The notes under the pieces were generated by a model that did no database searches, was not told the DNA's origin, and saw only the letters and a program-made list of their open reading frames with translations. Positions 1 through 11,490 of a stretch of DNA of 64,000 nt are shown piece after piece. Position 1 is the stretch's first letter. Every line of letters begins with the position of its first letter. Position numbers and translations under genes: made by a program. Source of the stretch: Escherichia coli (GTDB lineage Bacteria; Pseudomonadota; Gammaproteobacteria; Enterobacterales; Enterobacteriaceae); assembly GCF_003790525.1 (NCBI RefSeq), contig NZ_CP033635.1. One strand, given 5' to 3'.

Positions 1-99
1 ATGTATATGCAGGAATATCTTTATTCAATCAGAAATCATCGTTATACCGCCACGATGCTTCAGCATATTGCTGAAGATCGTGACGGGACGAGTCATTAA
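1..99 (+). CDS. Possible 3' end of a convergent LysR-type regulator gene (ygfI in K-12 gene order); partial, 5' end outside window
   Basis: Frame 1 is open from base 1 to a TAA at 97-99, overlapping the scpC stop on the other strand; K-12 gene order places ygfI convergent to scpC. Only 32 codons visible, so weak. Confidence 0.35.
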   Translation: MYMQEYLYSIRNHRYTATMLQHIAEDRDGTSH

Positions 100-1574
100 C
101 CCAGCATCGAGCCGGTTGCAATTAAATTACGGTGTAAATCAAAGACGTGGCTAAGATCGTGGTGAATATGTCCGCCGGGCGCATTTTCCAGATAGCGATG
201 CAGATAATCCCGATACATAGGATGTGCACAATTATCAATGATGGTGCGGGCGCGTTGAAGCGGGGAAAGACCACGCAGATCGGCGATCCCTTGTTCGGTG
301 ATGATCACTTTGACGCTGTGTTCGCTGTGATCAACATGGCTGCACATTGGCACGACGGTTGAGATCTTGCCTTCTTTAGCAATCGACGGGGCCATAAAGA
401 TCGACAGATACGCGTTGCGTTCAAAATCACCGCTGCCACCGATGCCGTTCATCAGATCGACCCCGGCTACGTGCGTTGAGTTGGCATGCCCGTAAATATC
501 AAACTCCAGGCCGACGTTCAGAGCGATGACGCCCAGACGACGGATGATTTCCGGGTTATTGGAAATTTCCTGCGGACGCAACACAATGCGGCTGGCAAAG
601 TAATCCATATTGTCGTAAATCTTGCGCAGGGAATCGGCCGAGATAGTCAGGCTGGAGGCGCTGGCCCCGCTGATTTTGCCCGTTTCCAGTAAATGCACCA
701 CCGATTCCTGTAGCACTTCCGAATACATCATGAACGGAGGAATTTCCGGGTTTTCCCCTAGTCGCGCCATGACTGCATTATTGATATTGCCCACGCCACT
801 TTGCAGCGGCAGAAATTCCGGCGGAATACGCCCATGCGCCATTTCCTGCAACAAGAACGTGACCACGTTATCGGCAATCTGCTGGCACATGGGATTTTGC
901 TTATCCAGCATATTACCGGCGTCAGGCAAGTTGGTTTCCACGACGGCGACAATCTTTTTCGGATCGATTTGCACATAGCGGGTACCGACGCGATCCATTG
1001 CATGGAAGATCGACACGCTATTGCGCCGCGGTGGCGCGCCAGGAATCACAATATCTGCCAGTTCTGCAACGCGCGGATCGTGATAGTGATTAAGTTCAAT
1101 GATCACTTTCTTCGCTCGCAGCAGCCAGGTCGGCGCATTACCGTTCCCGCTGGTTAACCAGACTCGACCATCCGGTGCCAGTGCCGATGCTTCAATGACG
1201 GCAACATCAATGTCGCCGAAGAAACCGTAATTGACCATTTGCGCCACTTCGCTCAAATGCAGGTCAACGAAACTCACCGCGCCCTGATTGATCTTTTTAC
1301 GTAAACCGGACGATGTTTGATATGGCGCACGCCAGGAAACAGCATCGGCGTCAGAAAGTACATCGTCAGCGGCGGCGCTGATTGACGCCCCCGTCAGCAG
1401 GCGAATTTGATACGGCTTTTTGGCCTCATGCTGTTCGTTAGCTCTGCGGGCAATCGCGGTGGGTAAGGCTTTCGGCGAACCCGCTGGGGTAAAGCCGCTA
1501 AATGCCACCATGTCGTTATGCTGGATAATTTCTGCCGCTTCATCGGCGGTCATCCTTGTCCACTGAGTTTCCAT
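96..1574 (-). CDS. scpC: Propionyl-CoA:succinate CoA transferase (acetyl-CoA hydrolase/transferase family)
   Basis: 492-aa ORF, METQWTRMTADEAAEII N-terminus; last gene of the sbm-argK-scpB-scpC arrangement. Confidence 0.9.
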   Translation of the reverse strand: METQWTRMTADEAAEIIQHNDMVAFSGFTPAGSPKALPTAIARRANEQHEAKKPYQIRLLTGASISAAADDVLSDADAVSWRAPYQTSSGLRKKINQGAVSFVDLHLSEVAQMVNYGFFGDIDVAVIEASALAPDGRVWLTSGNGNAPTWLLRAKKVIIELNHYHDPRVAELADIVIPGAPPRRNSVSIFHAMDRVGTRYVQIDPKKIVAVVETNLPDAGNMLDKQNPMCQQIADNVVTFLLQEMAHGRIPPEFLPLQSGVGNINNAVMARLGENPEIPPFMMYSEVLQESVVHLLETGKISGASASSLTISADSLRKIYDNMDYFASRIVLRPQEISNNPEIIRRLGVIALNVGLEFDIYGHANSTHVAGVDLMNGIGGSGDFERNAYLSIFMAPSIAKEGKISTVVPMCSHVDHSEHSVKVIITEQGIADLRGLSPLQRARTIIDNCAHPMYRDYLHRYLENAPGGHIHHDLSHVFDLHRNLIATGSMLG

Positions 1575-1597
1575 TTTAACTCCTTCGTTCGCAGGGA

Positions 1598-2383
1598 TTA
1601 ATGACCAACGAAATTAGGTTTACGTTTTTCGAGGAAAGCGTTCATCCCTTCCTGGTAATCTTCACTGTCATAAACCGCGCGGCGCATCCCCTGAATACGT
1701 TCAAATTCATCGGAGTTCATGGTGTGCGCTTCGCCCAGTACACGCAGCTCTTCTTTGATAACGGCAATGGCTAACGGTGCTTTCTCAGAGATGTGGTGCG
1801 CCATTTGTAAGGTGAAATCTTCCAGTTCTTCCACTTCCACAACATGGTTGAGGATGCCGACAGCCAGCGCGCGCTGGGCGGTGATTGGCGAAGCGGTAAA
1901 AATCAGCTCTTTGACAATGTGGAAGCCCGCGTCGCGGGTCAGATTGTGAATGCCGACCAGGTTATACGGGACACCGAGGTTTACAGGTGTCATTGAGAAG
2001 GTTGAGGTACTGGCGGCGATAATCAGATCGGAACTCATGATCATTTCAAATGCGCCACCCCAAACACTACCTTCCACCATCGAAATGATCGGTTTCGGGA
2101 ATTTTTGGATCATGCGGGTGATTTGACGCAACGGATCATCATAGGAGAGCGGATCGCGACCGCCAGACGGCAGTTCGTGAATATCGTGACCTGCGGAGAA
2201 GACTTTGGATCCACTCGGCGCGCGCAAAATGATACAGCGAATTTCCGGCCGGTTGAGATCGCTTAATGCCTGCATAAGATCATCAATAAAGACTTTACTT
2301 AAGGCATTAAGTTTGCGGCCATAGTTAAACTCAATGACCGCCACTTTGTTGATAGTGACAACGTTCACATACTGATAAGACAT
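1598..2383 (-). CDS. scpB: Methylmalonyl-CoA decarboxylase (crotonase/enoyl-CoA hydratase fold)
   Basis: ORF track gives 275 aa from an upstream ATG; trimmed to MSYQYVNVVTINKVAVIEF (261 aa), the start I recall for ScpB. Confidence 0.85.
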   Translation of the reverse strand: MSYQYVNVVTINKVAVIEFNYGRKLNALSKVFIDDLMQALSDLNRPEIRCIILRAPSGSKVFSAGHDIHELPSGGRDPLSYDDPLRQITRMIQKFPKPIISMVEGSVWGGAFEMIMSSDLIIAASTSTFSMTPVNLGVPYNLVGIHNLTRDAGFHIVKELIFTASPITAQRALAVGILNHVVEVEELEDFTLQMAHHISEKAPLAIAVIKEELRVLGEAHTMNSDEFERIQGMRRAVYDSEDYQEGMNAFLEKRKPNFVGH

Positions 2384-2393
2384 AAAAATTCCT

Positions 2394-3389
2394 TTAATCA
2401 AAATATTGCGTCTGGATAAATTCACTGAGCTGTCGCAGGCCGGTGCGCGGTGAGAGCGTATTGTTTTTGACCGCTAAAAGCGTCTGGCGGTAATAGCGAT
2501 CGAAATCTTCATTCGCGAACAGGTGATTCAGTACTTCTTCTTCGGTTTGTTTACGCAGCCATTCCACCGATTGTTGTTGCCGCACTTGTTGTAATCGACC
2601 ACTGGCAGTTAGCGCGGTTTTGAAGTCGATGATGGCGTGCCAGATCTCATCGATTCCACGTTTTTCCAGTGCGCTACAAGTCAGAACCCGTGGCTGCCAT
2701 TCGTCGTATTTACGTCGCAGAATATGCAGGGCACTCTCGTACATATGCTGGGCAATGGCGACATTGGTATGGTTATCGCCATCGTCTTTGTTGATAACGA
2801 TCAGATCTGCCACTTCCATCAGCCCCTTTTTAATGCCCTGCAGATCATCGCCGCCACCGGCAATTTGCAACGAGATAAAACAGTCCACCATGCGGGCGAC
2901 TTCCGTTTCCGACTGTCCGACGCCAACCGTTTCGACAATCACTACGTCATAACCCGCCGCTTCGCATAACAGCATTAATTCCCGCGCTCGCTGACTGGCA
3001 CCGCCCAGATGGCCGGAGGAGGGTACCGGGCGAATAAACGCCGCCTCGGCACGCGCAAGGTCATTCATGCGGGTTTTATCCCCGAGAATGCTACCGCCAG
3101 TGACCGGGCTGCTGGGATCGACCGCAATAACCGCAACCTTTAATCCCTCACGAATCAACAACATGCCAAAGGCTTCAAGAAAGGTACTTTTCCCCGCGCC
3201 GGGTGTGCCGGTAACACCCAGTCGCAGGGCGTTACCACAGAACGGCATAATGGCATCAAGCAGTTGCGTACTTAGCGCCTGATGACGCGGGTGACGGCTT
3301 TCCACCAGCGTCATGGCCTGGGCGAGCGTGGCACGCTCACCCTGACGTAAGCGGCGAATACTTTCTGCCAGCGTGGCTTCATTAATCAT
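2394..3389 (-). CDS. argK: MeaB/ArgK-type GTPase, methylmalonyl-CoA mutase accessory protein
   Basis: 331-aa ORF with P-loop [11 protein letters not shown]; positioned between scpA and scpB. Confidence 0.9.
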   Translation of the reverse strand: MINEATLAESIRRLRQGERATLAQAMTLVESRHPRHQALSTQLLDAIMPFCGNALRLGVTGTPGAGKSTFLEAFGMLLIREGLKVAVIAVDPSSPVTGGSILGDKTRMNDLARAEAAFIRPVPSSGHLGGASQRARELMLLCEAAGYDVVIVETVGVGQSETEVARMVDCFISLQIAGGGDDLQGIKKGLMEVADLIVINKDDGDNHTNVAIAQHMYESALHILRRKYDEWQPRVLTCSALEKRGIDEIWHAIIDFKTALTASGRLQQVRQQQSVEWLRKQTEEEVLNHLFANEDFDRYYRQTLLAVKNNTLSPRTGLRQLSEFIQTQYFD

Positions 3390-5526
3390 GATGCTGGCTT
3401 ATCAGATTCAGTACGTCGCGCACGCTGTCGAGCATAGGCGTACCTGGACCATAAATCGCCGCCACGCCGCGCTCCTGCAGGAAGGCGTAATCCTGCGGCG
3501 GAATGACGCCACCCGCGACCACGCAGATATCTTCGCGTCCCCATTTTTTCAGCGCTTCGACCAGTTCCGGGATCAGCGTTTTATGACCGGCAGCCAGTGA
3601 AGATGCGCCCACTACGTGAACGTCGTTTTCTACTGCCAGGCGGGCGATCTCTTCAGGTGTAGAGAACATCGGGCTTAAATCTACGTCGAAACCGAGATCG
3701 GAATAGGCGCTGGCGATCACTTTCGCGCCGCGATCGTGCCCATCCTGGCCCATTTTGGCGATCAGAATGCGCGGACGACGACCATTGTCGGCAAGGAACT
3801 GCTCCGTTTGCGCAACAATGGCATCGAACTCGGTGGCCGATTTCTCAGACTGATGATAGCTTTGCGCAATCACGCCGGTAACACACTGGCTTGGCACCAG
3901 ATAACGGTCGAAAGCGGCTTCCAGCGCATCGGAAATTTCACCCAGGGTGGCGCGAACGCGAGCGGCATTAACAGCGGCAGCCAGCAGGTTTTCGTTATGC
4001 TGTGCGGCGTGAGTCAGGGCGTTCAACGTGGCGGTTACGGCAGCATCATCACGGGTGGCGCGAATGCGTTCCAGTGAAGCAATCTGCTCGTTACGCACCA
4101 TCACGTTGTCGATCTCAAGTACATCGGTTTCGTCTTCGTGATCCAGTTTGTACTTGTTGACACCAACGATGACACGCTTGCCCTGGTCGATCAGCGACTG
4201 TTCGCGCGCGGAGGCCTCTTCGATCATTCGTTTTGGCAGACCTGCTTCGATCGCTTTCGCCATGCCACCGGCTTCGTCGATCTGTTGGATAATGGCTCTG
4301 GCTTGTTTGACGATTTGATCGGTCAGCGATTCAACGTAATAGGATCCGGCCAGTGGATCGACGGTGCGGCAGAGTTCTGATTCTTCCTGAATGATGATCT
4401 GGGTATTGCGGGCAATGCGTGCTGAGAAATCGGTAGGCAAACCAAGCGCTTCATCAAAGGCGTTGGTATGCAGTGACTGAGTACCGCCCAGCGTTGCAGC
4501 CAGTGCTTCAATGGTGGTGCGGATAACGTTGTTATATGGATCCTGTTCAGTCAGGCTCCAGCCTGAGGTCTGGCAGTGGGTACGCAGCGCCAGTGATTTC
4601 GGATCCTGTGCGCCAAATCCACTGACCGCTTCGCTCCATAAATAACGTGCCGCACGCAACATGGCGACGTTCATAAACAGATCCATGCCAATGCCGAAGA
4701 AGAACGACAGGCGAGGAGCGAAGTCATCAATTTTCAGCCCGGCGGAGATTGCTGCTTTGATGTACTCAATCCCATCAGCGAGCGTAAATGCTACCTGTTG
4801 CACGCAGTTGGCACCCGCTTCACCCATATGGTAACCGCTGATACTGATGGTATTAAATCGCGGCATGTTGCCGGAACACCAGGCGATGATGTCTGCGATA
4901 ATACGCATTGACGGTTTTGGCGGGTAAATATAGGTGTTGCGGCAAAGATACTCTTTGAGGATATCGTTTTGAATGGTGCCGGTCAGTTTATCGGGTGTAA
5001 CACCTTGCTCTTCTGCGGCGACAATATAAAACGCCAGTACTGGTAGTACTGCGCCATTCATGGTCATCGAAACCGACATTTTATCCAGCGGGATCTGGTC
5101 GAACAGGACTTTCATATCTTCCACGGTGTCGATAGCAACGCCCGCTTTGCCGACGTCGCCCGCCACGCGCGGGTTATCGGAGTCGTAGCCTCGGTGGGTG
5201 GCAAGGTCAAACGCAACGGAAAGACCTTTTTGCCCGGCGGCCAGGTTACGGCGATAAAAAGCGTTGGACTCTTTTGCTGTTGAAAAACCAGCATACTGAC
5301 GGATGGTCCACGGTTGGGCGGTATACATAGTGGCACGCGGGCCACGAACGTAGGGGGGCAAACCAGGAAGGGTACCTGTCACCTCCAGATTATCGAGATC
5401 GGCTTCGGTATACAGCGGCTTGATGGCGATCCCTTCCGCGGTTTGCTGAACCAGCGAGTCGACAGTTTTCTCCCGACGGCTCAATTCCTTGTTGGCAAGC
5501 TGTTGCCACTCCTGCACGTTAGACAT
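3382..5526 (-). CDS. scpA: Methylmalonyl-CoA mutase (sleeping beauty mutase), B12-dependent
   Basis: ORF track 721 aa; trimmed to [14 protein letters not shown] (714 aa). The 3' end overlaps the argK start by 8 nt. Confidence 0.88.
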   Translation of the reverse strand: MSNVQEWQQLANKELSRREKTVDSLVQQTAEGIAIKPLYTEADLDNLEVTGTLPGLPPYVRGPRATMYTAQPWTIRQYAGFSTAKESNAFYRRNLAAGQKGLSVAFDLATHRGYDSDNPRVAGDVGKAGVAIDTVEDMKVLFDQIPLDKMSVSMTMNGAVLPVLAFYIVAAEEQGVTPDKLTGTIQNDILKEYLCRNTYIYPPKPSMRIIADIIAWCSGNMPRFNTISISGYHMGEAGANCVQQVAFTLADGIEYIKAAISAGLKIDDFAPRLSFFFGIGMDLFMNVAMLRAARYLWSEAVSGFGAQDPKSLALRTHCQTSGWSLTEQDPYNNVIRTTIEALAATLGGTQSLHTNAFDEALGLPTDFSARIARNTQIIIQEESELCRTVDPLAGSYYVESLTDQIVKQARAIIQQIDEAGGMAKAIEAGLPKRMIEEASAREQSLIDQGKRVIVGVNKYKLDHEDETDVLEIDNVMVRNEQIASLERIRATRDDAAVTATLNALTHAAQHNENLLAAAVNAARVRATLGEISDALEAAFDRYLVPSQCVTGVIAQSYHQSEKSATEFDAIVAQTEQFLADNGRRPRILIAKMGQDGHDRGAKVIASAYSDLGFDVDLSPMFSTPEEIARLAVENDVHVVGASSLAAGHKTLIPELVEALKKWGREDICVVAGGVIPPQDYAFLQERGVAAIYGPGTPMLDSVRDVLNLISQHHD

Positions 5527-5689
5527 TATTTGCTCCGTAAAACGCAATCAAAATGAGGGTATTTGCGCTTACGGTGAGCTTTTTACGTGGGTTTGTCGCC
5601 AGCAAAAAAAATGCATTCAGACGTCGTTTTTTGCCGCCTGAGATTTGTCTATTTTGTGATGTGATTCAAGGAATACAAAAAGAAGTGAG

Positions 5690-5716
5690 GATAACGCCTG
5701 ATATGTGCTATCAGGC
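5690..5716 (-). terminator. REP-like hairpin downstream of argP, possible terminator
   Basis: gcctgata-tgtgc-tatcaggc inverted repeat at 5696-5716, just 3' of the argP stop; no clean U-tract. Confidence 0.3.
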
Positions 5717-5729
5717 ATTATTTGATGGA

Positions 5730-6623
5730 TTAATCCTGACGAAGGACTTTGTGACCATAATCGAGCAACGCATCAGTGACTTTACGCATCATGCGGCTTT
5801 CAGGAGCAAAGCGGTGCCAGTAGAGCATCCGGCGTTGAAATAGCCCCGGCGTTAAGTCAATCAGTTCACCGCTGGCCAGTTCTTTCTCGATTTGCAGGTG
5901 CGGGATCATACAGCAGGTGGTGCCCTGGCGAGCAAGTTGTACGAACGCTTCTGAAGAATTAACGATATGGCACGGTACGCTGCCTGGGGGCAGATCGAAG
6001 TTTTGCTGCAAAAAGGCCTGGTGCATATCGTCAAGATGGTCAAAGGCGACCACAGGTGCTTTCAATAATGCCGAACGCGTTACGCCGTTAGGGAAATATT
6101 TTTCGGCAAACGGTTTTGAGCTGACGAACAGATAGTCAAGCGCACCGAGCTTATCGACAAGGCAACTCGGCAGCGCCTGATGTTGAATACTCACCGCGCC
6201 GACCACTTCGCCGCGGCGCAGACGTTCCTGAGTGCGGGTTTCATCTTCTACCTGCAAGTTGAGGCGGATAGGCGAATCAGCCAACACAGGAGCCAGCGCC
6301 GGAAGCAACCACGTCGCCAGACTGTCGGCGTTGACCGCCAGTGAAAGCAGCAGCGGAGTCGAACCGGTTTGTTCATCGCCCAGCCACTCTTCTTCCAGCA
6401 ACTCCACCTGGCGTAGCAGTGCCAGCAGTTTTTGCCCTTGTTCTGTCGGGCGCGGCGGTACGGTACGCACCAACAGCGGCTGCCCGAACATATTTTCCAG
6501 TTGCTTAATGCGCTGTGAGACGGCTGATTGTGTAATGCACAGCTTTTGTGCCGCGCGCTCAAATCCTCGTTCACGTATCACCGCATCCAGTGCCTGTAAT
6601 GTTCTGTAGTCCGGGCGTTTCAT
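5730..6623 (-). CDS. argP: LysR-family transcriptional regulator ArgP (IciA)
   Basis: ORF track 319 aa; trimmed to [28 protein letters not shown] (297 aa). HTH motif [12 protein letters not shown]. Confidence 0.85.
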
Positions 6624-7005
6624 TGCTGTTGTCTGCTCCTGGTAAATGCTTTTTCCTGCACTATGACACAATTTTGTGTCAGGTTGCATATACCGAAGCC
6701 GTCGGCGGGTAACATTTGTATCAATGGTTAAACGCGCAGCTTAAAAGATCAGGGATTTGCGCTATTGCATTTCGCTTAGCGACTTCGCGCCCTGGTTATG
6801 TTGAATGGCGTGGCGTTATTGCCTCTGTTCGCACCGTGGAGCGGCATACCCAGACCGTTGTATGCTTTATTTGCCGGGCGAAAGGGGATGCCCGCCATTG
6901 CGCGATATTTTATGGATGAGTTAACCACGCGGCTTGCCAACGGGGTCTGAATCGCTTTTTTTGTATATAATGCGTGTGAAATTTCATACCACAGGCGAAA
7001 CGATC

Positions 7006-7665
7006 ATGACCCAGGATGAATTGAAAAAAGCAGTAGGATGGGCGGCACTTCAGTATGTTCAGCCCGGCACCATTGTTGGTGTAGGTACAGGTTCCACCGC
7101 CGCACACTTTATTGACGCGCTCGGTACAATGAAAGGCCAGATTGAAGGGGCCGTTTCCAGTTCAGATGCTTCCACTGAAAAACTGAAAAGCCTCGGCATT
7201 CACGTTTTTGATCTCAACGAAGTCGACAGCCTTGGCATCTACGTTGATGGCGCAGATGAAATCAACGGCCACATGCAAATGATCAAAGGCGGCGGTGCGG
7301 CGCTGACCCGTGAAAAAATCATTGCTTCGGTTGCGGAAAAATTTATCTGTATTGCAGACGCTTCTAAGCAGGTTGATATTCTGGGCAAATTCCCGCTGCC
7401 AGTAGAAGTTATCCCGATGGCACGTAGTGCAGTGGCGCGCCAGCTGGTGAAACTGGGCGGTCGTCCGGAATACCGTCAGGGCGTGGTGACCGATAACGGC
7501 AACGTGATCCTCGACGTCCACGGCATGGAAATCCTTGACCCGATAGCGATGGAAAACGCCATAAATGCGATTCCTGGCGTGGTGACTGTTGGCTTGTTTG
7601 CTAACCGTGGCGCGGACGTTGCGCTGATTGGCACACCTGACGGTGTCAAAACCATTGTGAAATGA
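7006..7665 (+). CDS. rpiA: Ribose-5-phosphate isomerase A
   Basis: ORF track 243 aa; trimmed to [18 protein letters not shown] (219 aa). Divergent from argP. Confidence 0.88.
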
Positions 7666-7669
7666 TCTG

Positions 7670-7688
7670 ACGGGGGAACCTCCCCCGT
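7670..7688 (+). terminator. GC-rich hairpin immediately after the rpiA stop
   Basis: acgggggaacctcccccgt perfect palindrome 5 nt after the stop; followed by an A-run rather than a U-tract, so terminator function is uncertain. Confidence 0.3.
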
Positions 7689-7920
7689 TAAAAAAATTCT
7701 CTTCATTAAATTTGGTGACATGTGTCACGTTTTTACCTGGCTATTGTCGATTGCTCTAAATAAACCCTCTAAACCAGCATATTCATCCAAGAAATACCTT
7801 TGCGTGATATTTCCTCAACATCGCGACGCAAACGTTCATATTGCCGCAATATTATTTTTTGATATGTTGAAAGGCGGATGCAAATCCGCACACAACATTT
7901 CAAAAGACAGGATTGGGTAA

Positions 7921-9153
7921 ATGGCAAAGGTATCGCTGGAGAAAGACAAGATTAAGTTTCTGCTGGTAGAAGGCGTGCACCAAAAGGCGCTTGAAAGCCT
8001 TCGTGCAGCGGGTTACACCAACATCGAATTTCACAAAGGCGCGCTGGATGATGAACAATTAAAAGAATCCATCCGCGATGCCCACTTCATCGGCCTGCGA
8101 TCCCGTACCCATCTGACTGAAGACGTGATCAACGCCGCAGAAAAACTGGTCGCTATTGGCTGTTTCTGTATCGGAACAAACCAGGTTGATCTGGATGCGG
8201 CGGCAAAACGCGGTATCCCGGTATTTAACGCACCGTTCTCAAATACGCGCTCTGTTGCGGAGCTGGTGATTGGCGAACTGCTGCTGCTATTGCGCGGCGT
8301 GCCGGAAGCCAATGCTAAAGCGCACCGTGGCGTGTGGAACAAACTGGCGGCGGGTTCTTTTGAAGCGCGCGGCAAAAAGCTGGGTATCATCGGCTATGGT
8401 CATATTGGTACTCAATTGGGCATTCTGGCTGAATCGCTGGGAATGTATGTTTACTTTTATGATATTGAAAACAAACTGCCGCTGGGCAACGCCACTCAGG
8501 TACAGCATCTTTCTGACCTGCTGAATATGAGCGATGTGGTGAGTCTGCATGTACCAGAGAATCCGTCCACCAAAAATATGATGAGTGCGAAAGAGATTTC
8601 ACTGATGAAGCCCGGCTCGCTGCTGATTAATGCTTCGCGCGGTACTGTGGTGGATATTCCGGCGCTGTGTGACGCGCTGGCGAGCAAACATCTGGCGGGG
8701 GCGGCAATCGACGTATTCCCGACGGAACCGGCAACCAATAGCGATCCATTTACCTCTCCGCTGTGTGAATTCGACAACGTCCTTCTGACGCCACACATTG
8801 GCGGTTCGACTCAGGAAGCGCAGGAGAATATCGGCCTGGAAGTTGCGGGTAAATTGATCAAGTATTCTGACAATGGCTCAACGCTCTCTGCGGTGAACTT
8901 CCCGGAAGTCTCGCTGCCACTGCACGGTGGGCGTCGTCTGATGCACATCCACGAAAACCGTCCGGGCGTGCTAACTGCGCTCAACAAAATTTTTGCCGAG
9001 CAGGGCGTCAACATCGCCGCGCAATATCTGCAAACTTCCGCCCAGATGGGTTATGTAGTTATTGATATTGAAGCCGACGAAGACGTTGCCGAAAAAGCTC
9101 TGCAGGCAATGAAAGCTATTCCGGGTACCATTCGCGCCCGTCTGCTGTACTAA
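7921..9153 (+). CDS. serA: D-3-phosphoglycerate dehydrogenase
   Basis: 410-aa ORF, MAKVSLEKDKIKFLLVEGVH N-terminus, NAD-binding GIIGYGHIG motif. Confidence 0.93.
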   Translation: MAKVSLEKDKIKFLLVEGVHQKALESLRAAGYTNIEFHKGALDDEQLKESIRDAHFIGLRSRTHLTEDVINAAEKLVAIGCFCIGTNQVDLDAAAKRGIPVFNAPFSNTRSVAELVIGELLLLLRGVPEANAKAHRGVWNKLAAGSFEARGKKLGIIGYGHIGTQLGILAESLGMYVYFYDIENKLPLGNATQVQHLSDLLNMSDVVSLHVPENPSTKNMMSAKEISLMKPGSLLINASRGTVVDIPALCDALASKHLAGAAIDVFPTEPATNSDPFTSPLCEFDNVLLTPHIGGSTQEAQENIGLEVAGKLIKYSDNGSTLSAVNFPEVSLPLHGGRRLMHIHENRPGVLTALNKIFAEQGVNIAAQYLQTSAQMGYVVIDIEADEDVAEKALQAMKAIPGTIRARLLY

Positions 9154-9172
9154 TTCCCCTTCTCTGAAAATT

Positions 9173-9206
9173 AACGGGCAGGTCACTGACTTGCCCGTTT
9201 TTTTAT
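9173..9206 (+). terminator. Rho-independent terminator of serA
   Basis: acgggcaggtcactgacttgcccgt hairpin followed by tttttttat. Confidence 0.6.
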
Positions 9207-9339
9207 CCCTTCTCCACACCGTTGCCGCATTGCGCATTCTACTTTGCGAGTCTGCTCCAGAAAATAAATCAAAGTCAGATCAATGCGTTGTGTTTATTTA
9301 ATGGGGATTTACGATGGCAGGGCAGCATGGGGCTGTAAC

Positions 9340-9481
9340 GGTAAAGCCCTCACCGAAGCGAGGGCTTGAAGGAGAAGGGTTATGATGCGACTTGTCATCA
9401 TACTGATTGTACTGTTACTCATAAGTTTCCCAGCTTATTAACAGTCAGTCTCAGGGGAGGAGTCATCCTCCCTTACCCTTA
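9340..9481 (-). ncRNA. sibC: SibC-like antisense sRNA (antitoxin of the ibsC type I toxin-antitoxin pair); ends approximate
   Basis: Fully antisense to the ibsC mini-ORF; a sigma-70-like promoter on the minus strand (TTGACA, 17-nt spacer, TAATTT, plus-strand 9488-9516) and a minus-strand hairpin plus U-run near 9346-9365. K-12 places SibC (RygC) between serA and fau. Confidence 0.45.
9382..9441 (+). CDS. ibsC: Ibs-family type I toxin, 19-aa hydrophobic peptide
   Basis: ATG ATG CGA ... TAT TAA encodes MMRLVIILIVLLLISFPAY, preceded by SD gaaggaga; matches the Ibs toxin family pattern. Too short for the ORF track. Confidence 0.6.
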   Translation: MMRLVIILIVLLLISFPAY

Positions 9482-9487
9482 CTCACT

Positions 9488-9516
9488 AAATTAGGTTAAA
9501 GAATCAACGATGTCAA
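9488..9516 (-). promoter_or_regulatory. Candidate sigma-70 promoter for sibC
   Basis: Minus strand reads TTGACA-17 nt-TAATTT; predicted transcription start near plus-strand 9481. Confidence 0.35.
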
Positions 9517-9541
9517 TCAGGGCGATGCAGGTGTGTCGCCC

Positions 9542-10090
9542 TTACCACTCCCAGACTTTCGACGGTGTAACCACCGCAGGAAGTGGGATATCCCACTCTT
9601 CAACGGGAAGTTTTTCCACCAACTGACAATCATGCGCATAACCCACCGGTTGCATTTTATAGTGCTGCCAGTTTTGTAAGGTCCGATCATAAAAACCACC
9701 GCCCATTCCCAGGCGCTGGCCGTACTCATCAAAGGCGACCAGCGGTGTGATCAACACGTCTAATCGGGAAAGGGGTAGCACGTCACGCACATCCAGTTTT
9801 GGCTCATGGATCTTCAACCTGTTCATCACCAGTTCGCTTTGCGGATGGTAATTCAGGAACAGCAAGTTACCGGCACTAAAGGGATGCAAAACTGGAAGAT
9901 ATACGCGCTTACCGGCGCGCCAGAGTTGTTCTATGAGTGGCTGGGTGTCGAGTTCGCCATCAAAAGAGAGGAATACAGCGACCGTATGTGCCATCACCAC
10001 CGGGGGATAAGTCATCATCCGGGTAGCGGCTTGTTGACCCATTTCCTGCTGTTGTTCCGGCGTTAACGCACGACGACGTTGCCGAATCAT
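9542..10090 (-). CDS. fau: 5-formyltetrahydrofolate cyclo-ligase
   Basis: ORF track 248 aa runs into the 6S RNA gene; trimmed to MIRQRRRALTPEQQQEMGQQ (182 aa). Confidence 0.85.
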   Translation of the reverse strand: MIRQRRRALTPEQQQEMGQQAATRMMTYPPVVMAHTVAVFLSFDGELDTQPLIEQLWRAGKRVYLPVLHPFSAGNLLFLNYHPQSELVMNRLKIHEPKLDVRDVLPLSRLDVLITPLVAFDEYGQRLGMGGGFYDRTLQNWQHYKMQPVGYAHDCQLVEKLPVEEWDIPLPAVVTPSKVWEW

Positions 10091-10162
10091 TTTGCGGATT
10101 TCTTGTCGGGATAATGTCAGTGGAAGTTCTGGTAGTTGCGTCATGGCTGGTGCCAGATAAGA

Positions 10163-10348
10163 AGGGAATCTCCGAGATGCCGCCGCAGGCTGTAACCCTT
10201 GAACCCTTGGTTCAAGGTGAATGTGTCGTCGCAGTTTTAAGGCTTCTCGGACGGACCGAGCATGCTCACCAACCGCGGAGCGCCACATTCTTGTGGTATG
10301 AAATATCGGCTCAGGGGACTGGCCCGCTTGCGAACATCTCAGAGAAAT
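10163..10348 (-). ncRNA. ssrS: 6S RNA (RNA polymerase sigma-70 holoenzyme regulator)
   Basis: Reverse complement reads AUUUCUCUGAGAUGUUCGCAAGCGGGCCAGUCCCCUGAGCC...GGCAUCUCGGAGAUUCCCU, which matches E. coli 6S RNA as I recall it; lies between zapA and fau. Ends within a few nt. Confidence 0.9.
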
Positions 10349-10389
10349 TTTGTCTTCACGGTTACTCTACCACAGTAAACCGAAAAGTG

Positions 10390-10785
<396 letters not shown>

Positions 10786-10886
10786 CTATAGCTACCCTGA
10801 TGAGAAGAGACAAGCCCTTTTCTGGTCCACCAGGGCCCAAAGTGGTAGCATATCATGAATATTCCTCCCTTTGACGACGAATGCTT

Positions 10887-11465
10887 ATGTCTATACAGAA
10901 CGAAATGCCTGGTTACAACGAAATGAACCAGTATCTGAACCAACAAGGGACGGGTCTGACCCCTGCTGAGATGCATGGTTTAATCAGTGGGATGATATGT
11001 GGCGGTAACGATGACAGCTCATGGCTGCCGCTACTTCACGACCTGACGAACGAAGGCATGGCTTTCGGTCATGAGCTGGCACAGGCACTGCGTAAAATGC
11101 ACTCTGCCACCAGCGATGCCCTGCAGGATGACGGCTTCCTTTTTCAGCTTTATCTGCCTGATGGCGATGATGTCAGCGTTTTCGATCGGGCTGATGCGCT
11201 GGCAGGTTGGGTCAATCACTTCCTGCTTGGTCTTGGCGTTACGCAACCGAAGCTGGACAAAGTGACCGGAGAAACCGGTGAAGCCATCGACGATCTGCGT
11301 AACATCGCGCAGCTGGGCTACGACGAAGACGAAGATCAGGAAGAGCTTGAAATGTCGCTTGAAGAGATCATCGAATACGTTCGTGTTGCCGCGTTGTTAT
11401 GCCACGACACCTTTACTCATCCGCAACCGACCGCGCCAGAAGTACAAAAACCGACTCTACACTAA
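10887..11465 (+). CDS. ygfB: UPF0149 family protein YgfB
   Basis: ORF track 194 aa; start set at the second ATG ([15 protein letters not shown], 192 aa). First gene of ygfB-pepP-ubiH-ubiI. Confidence 0.8.
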
Positions 11466-11490
11466 AAACAAAAAACGTAAGGAGAGTGTT

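Noticed and set aside
6716-6919. 67-aa plus-strand ORF in the argP-rpiA divergent region
   Set aside because: No clear ribosome-binding site; it might correspond to a small hypothetical gene annotated in K-12 (yqfE) but I cannot verify that, so it is not called.
9517-9732. 71-aa minus-strand ORF spanning the serA-fau intergenic region and the fau 3' end
   Set aside because: Overlaps fau and lacks a convincing SD; the region is better explained by the ibsC/sibC locus.
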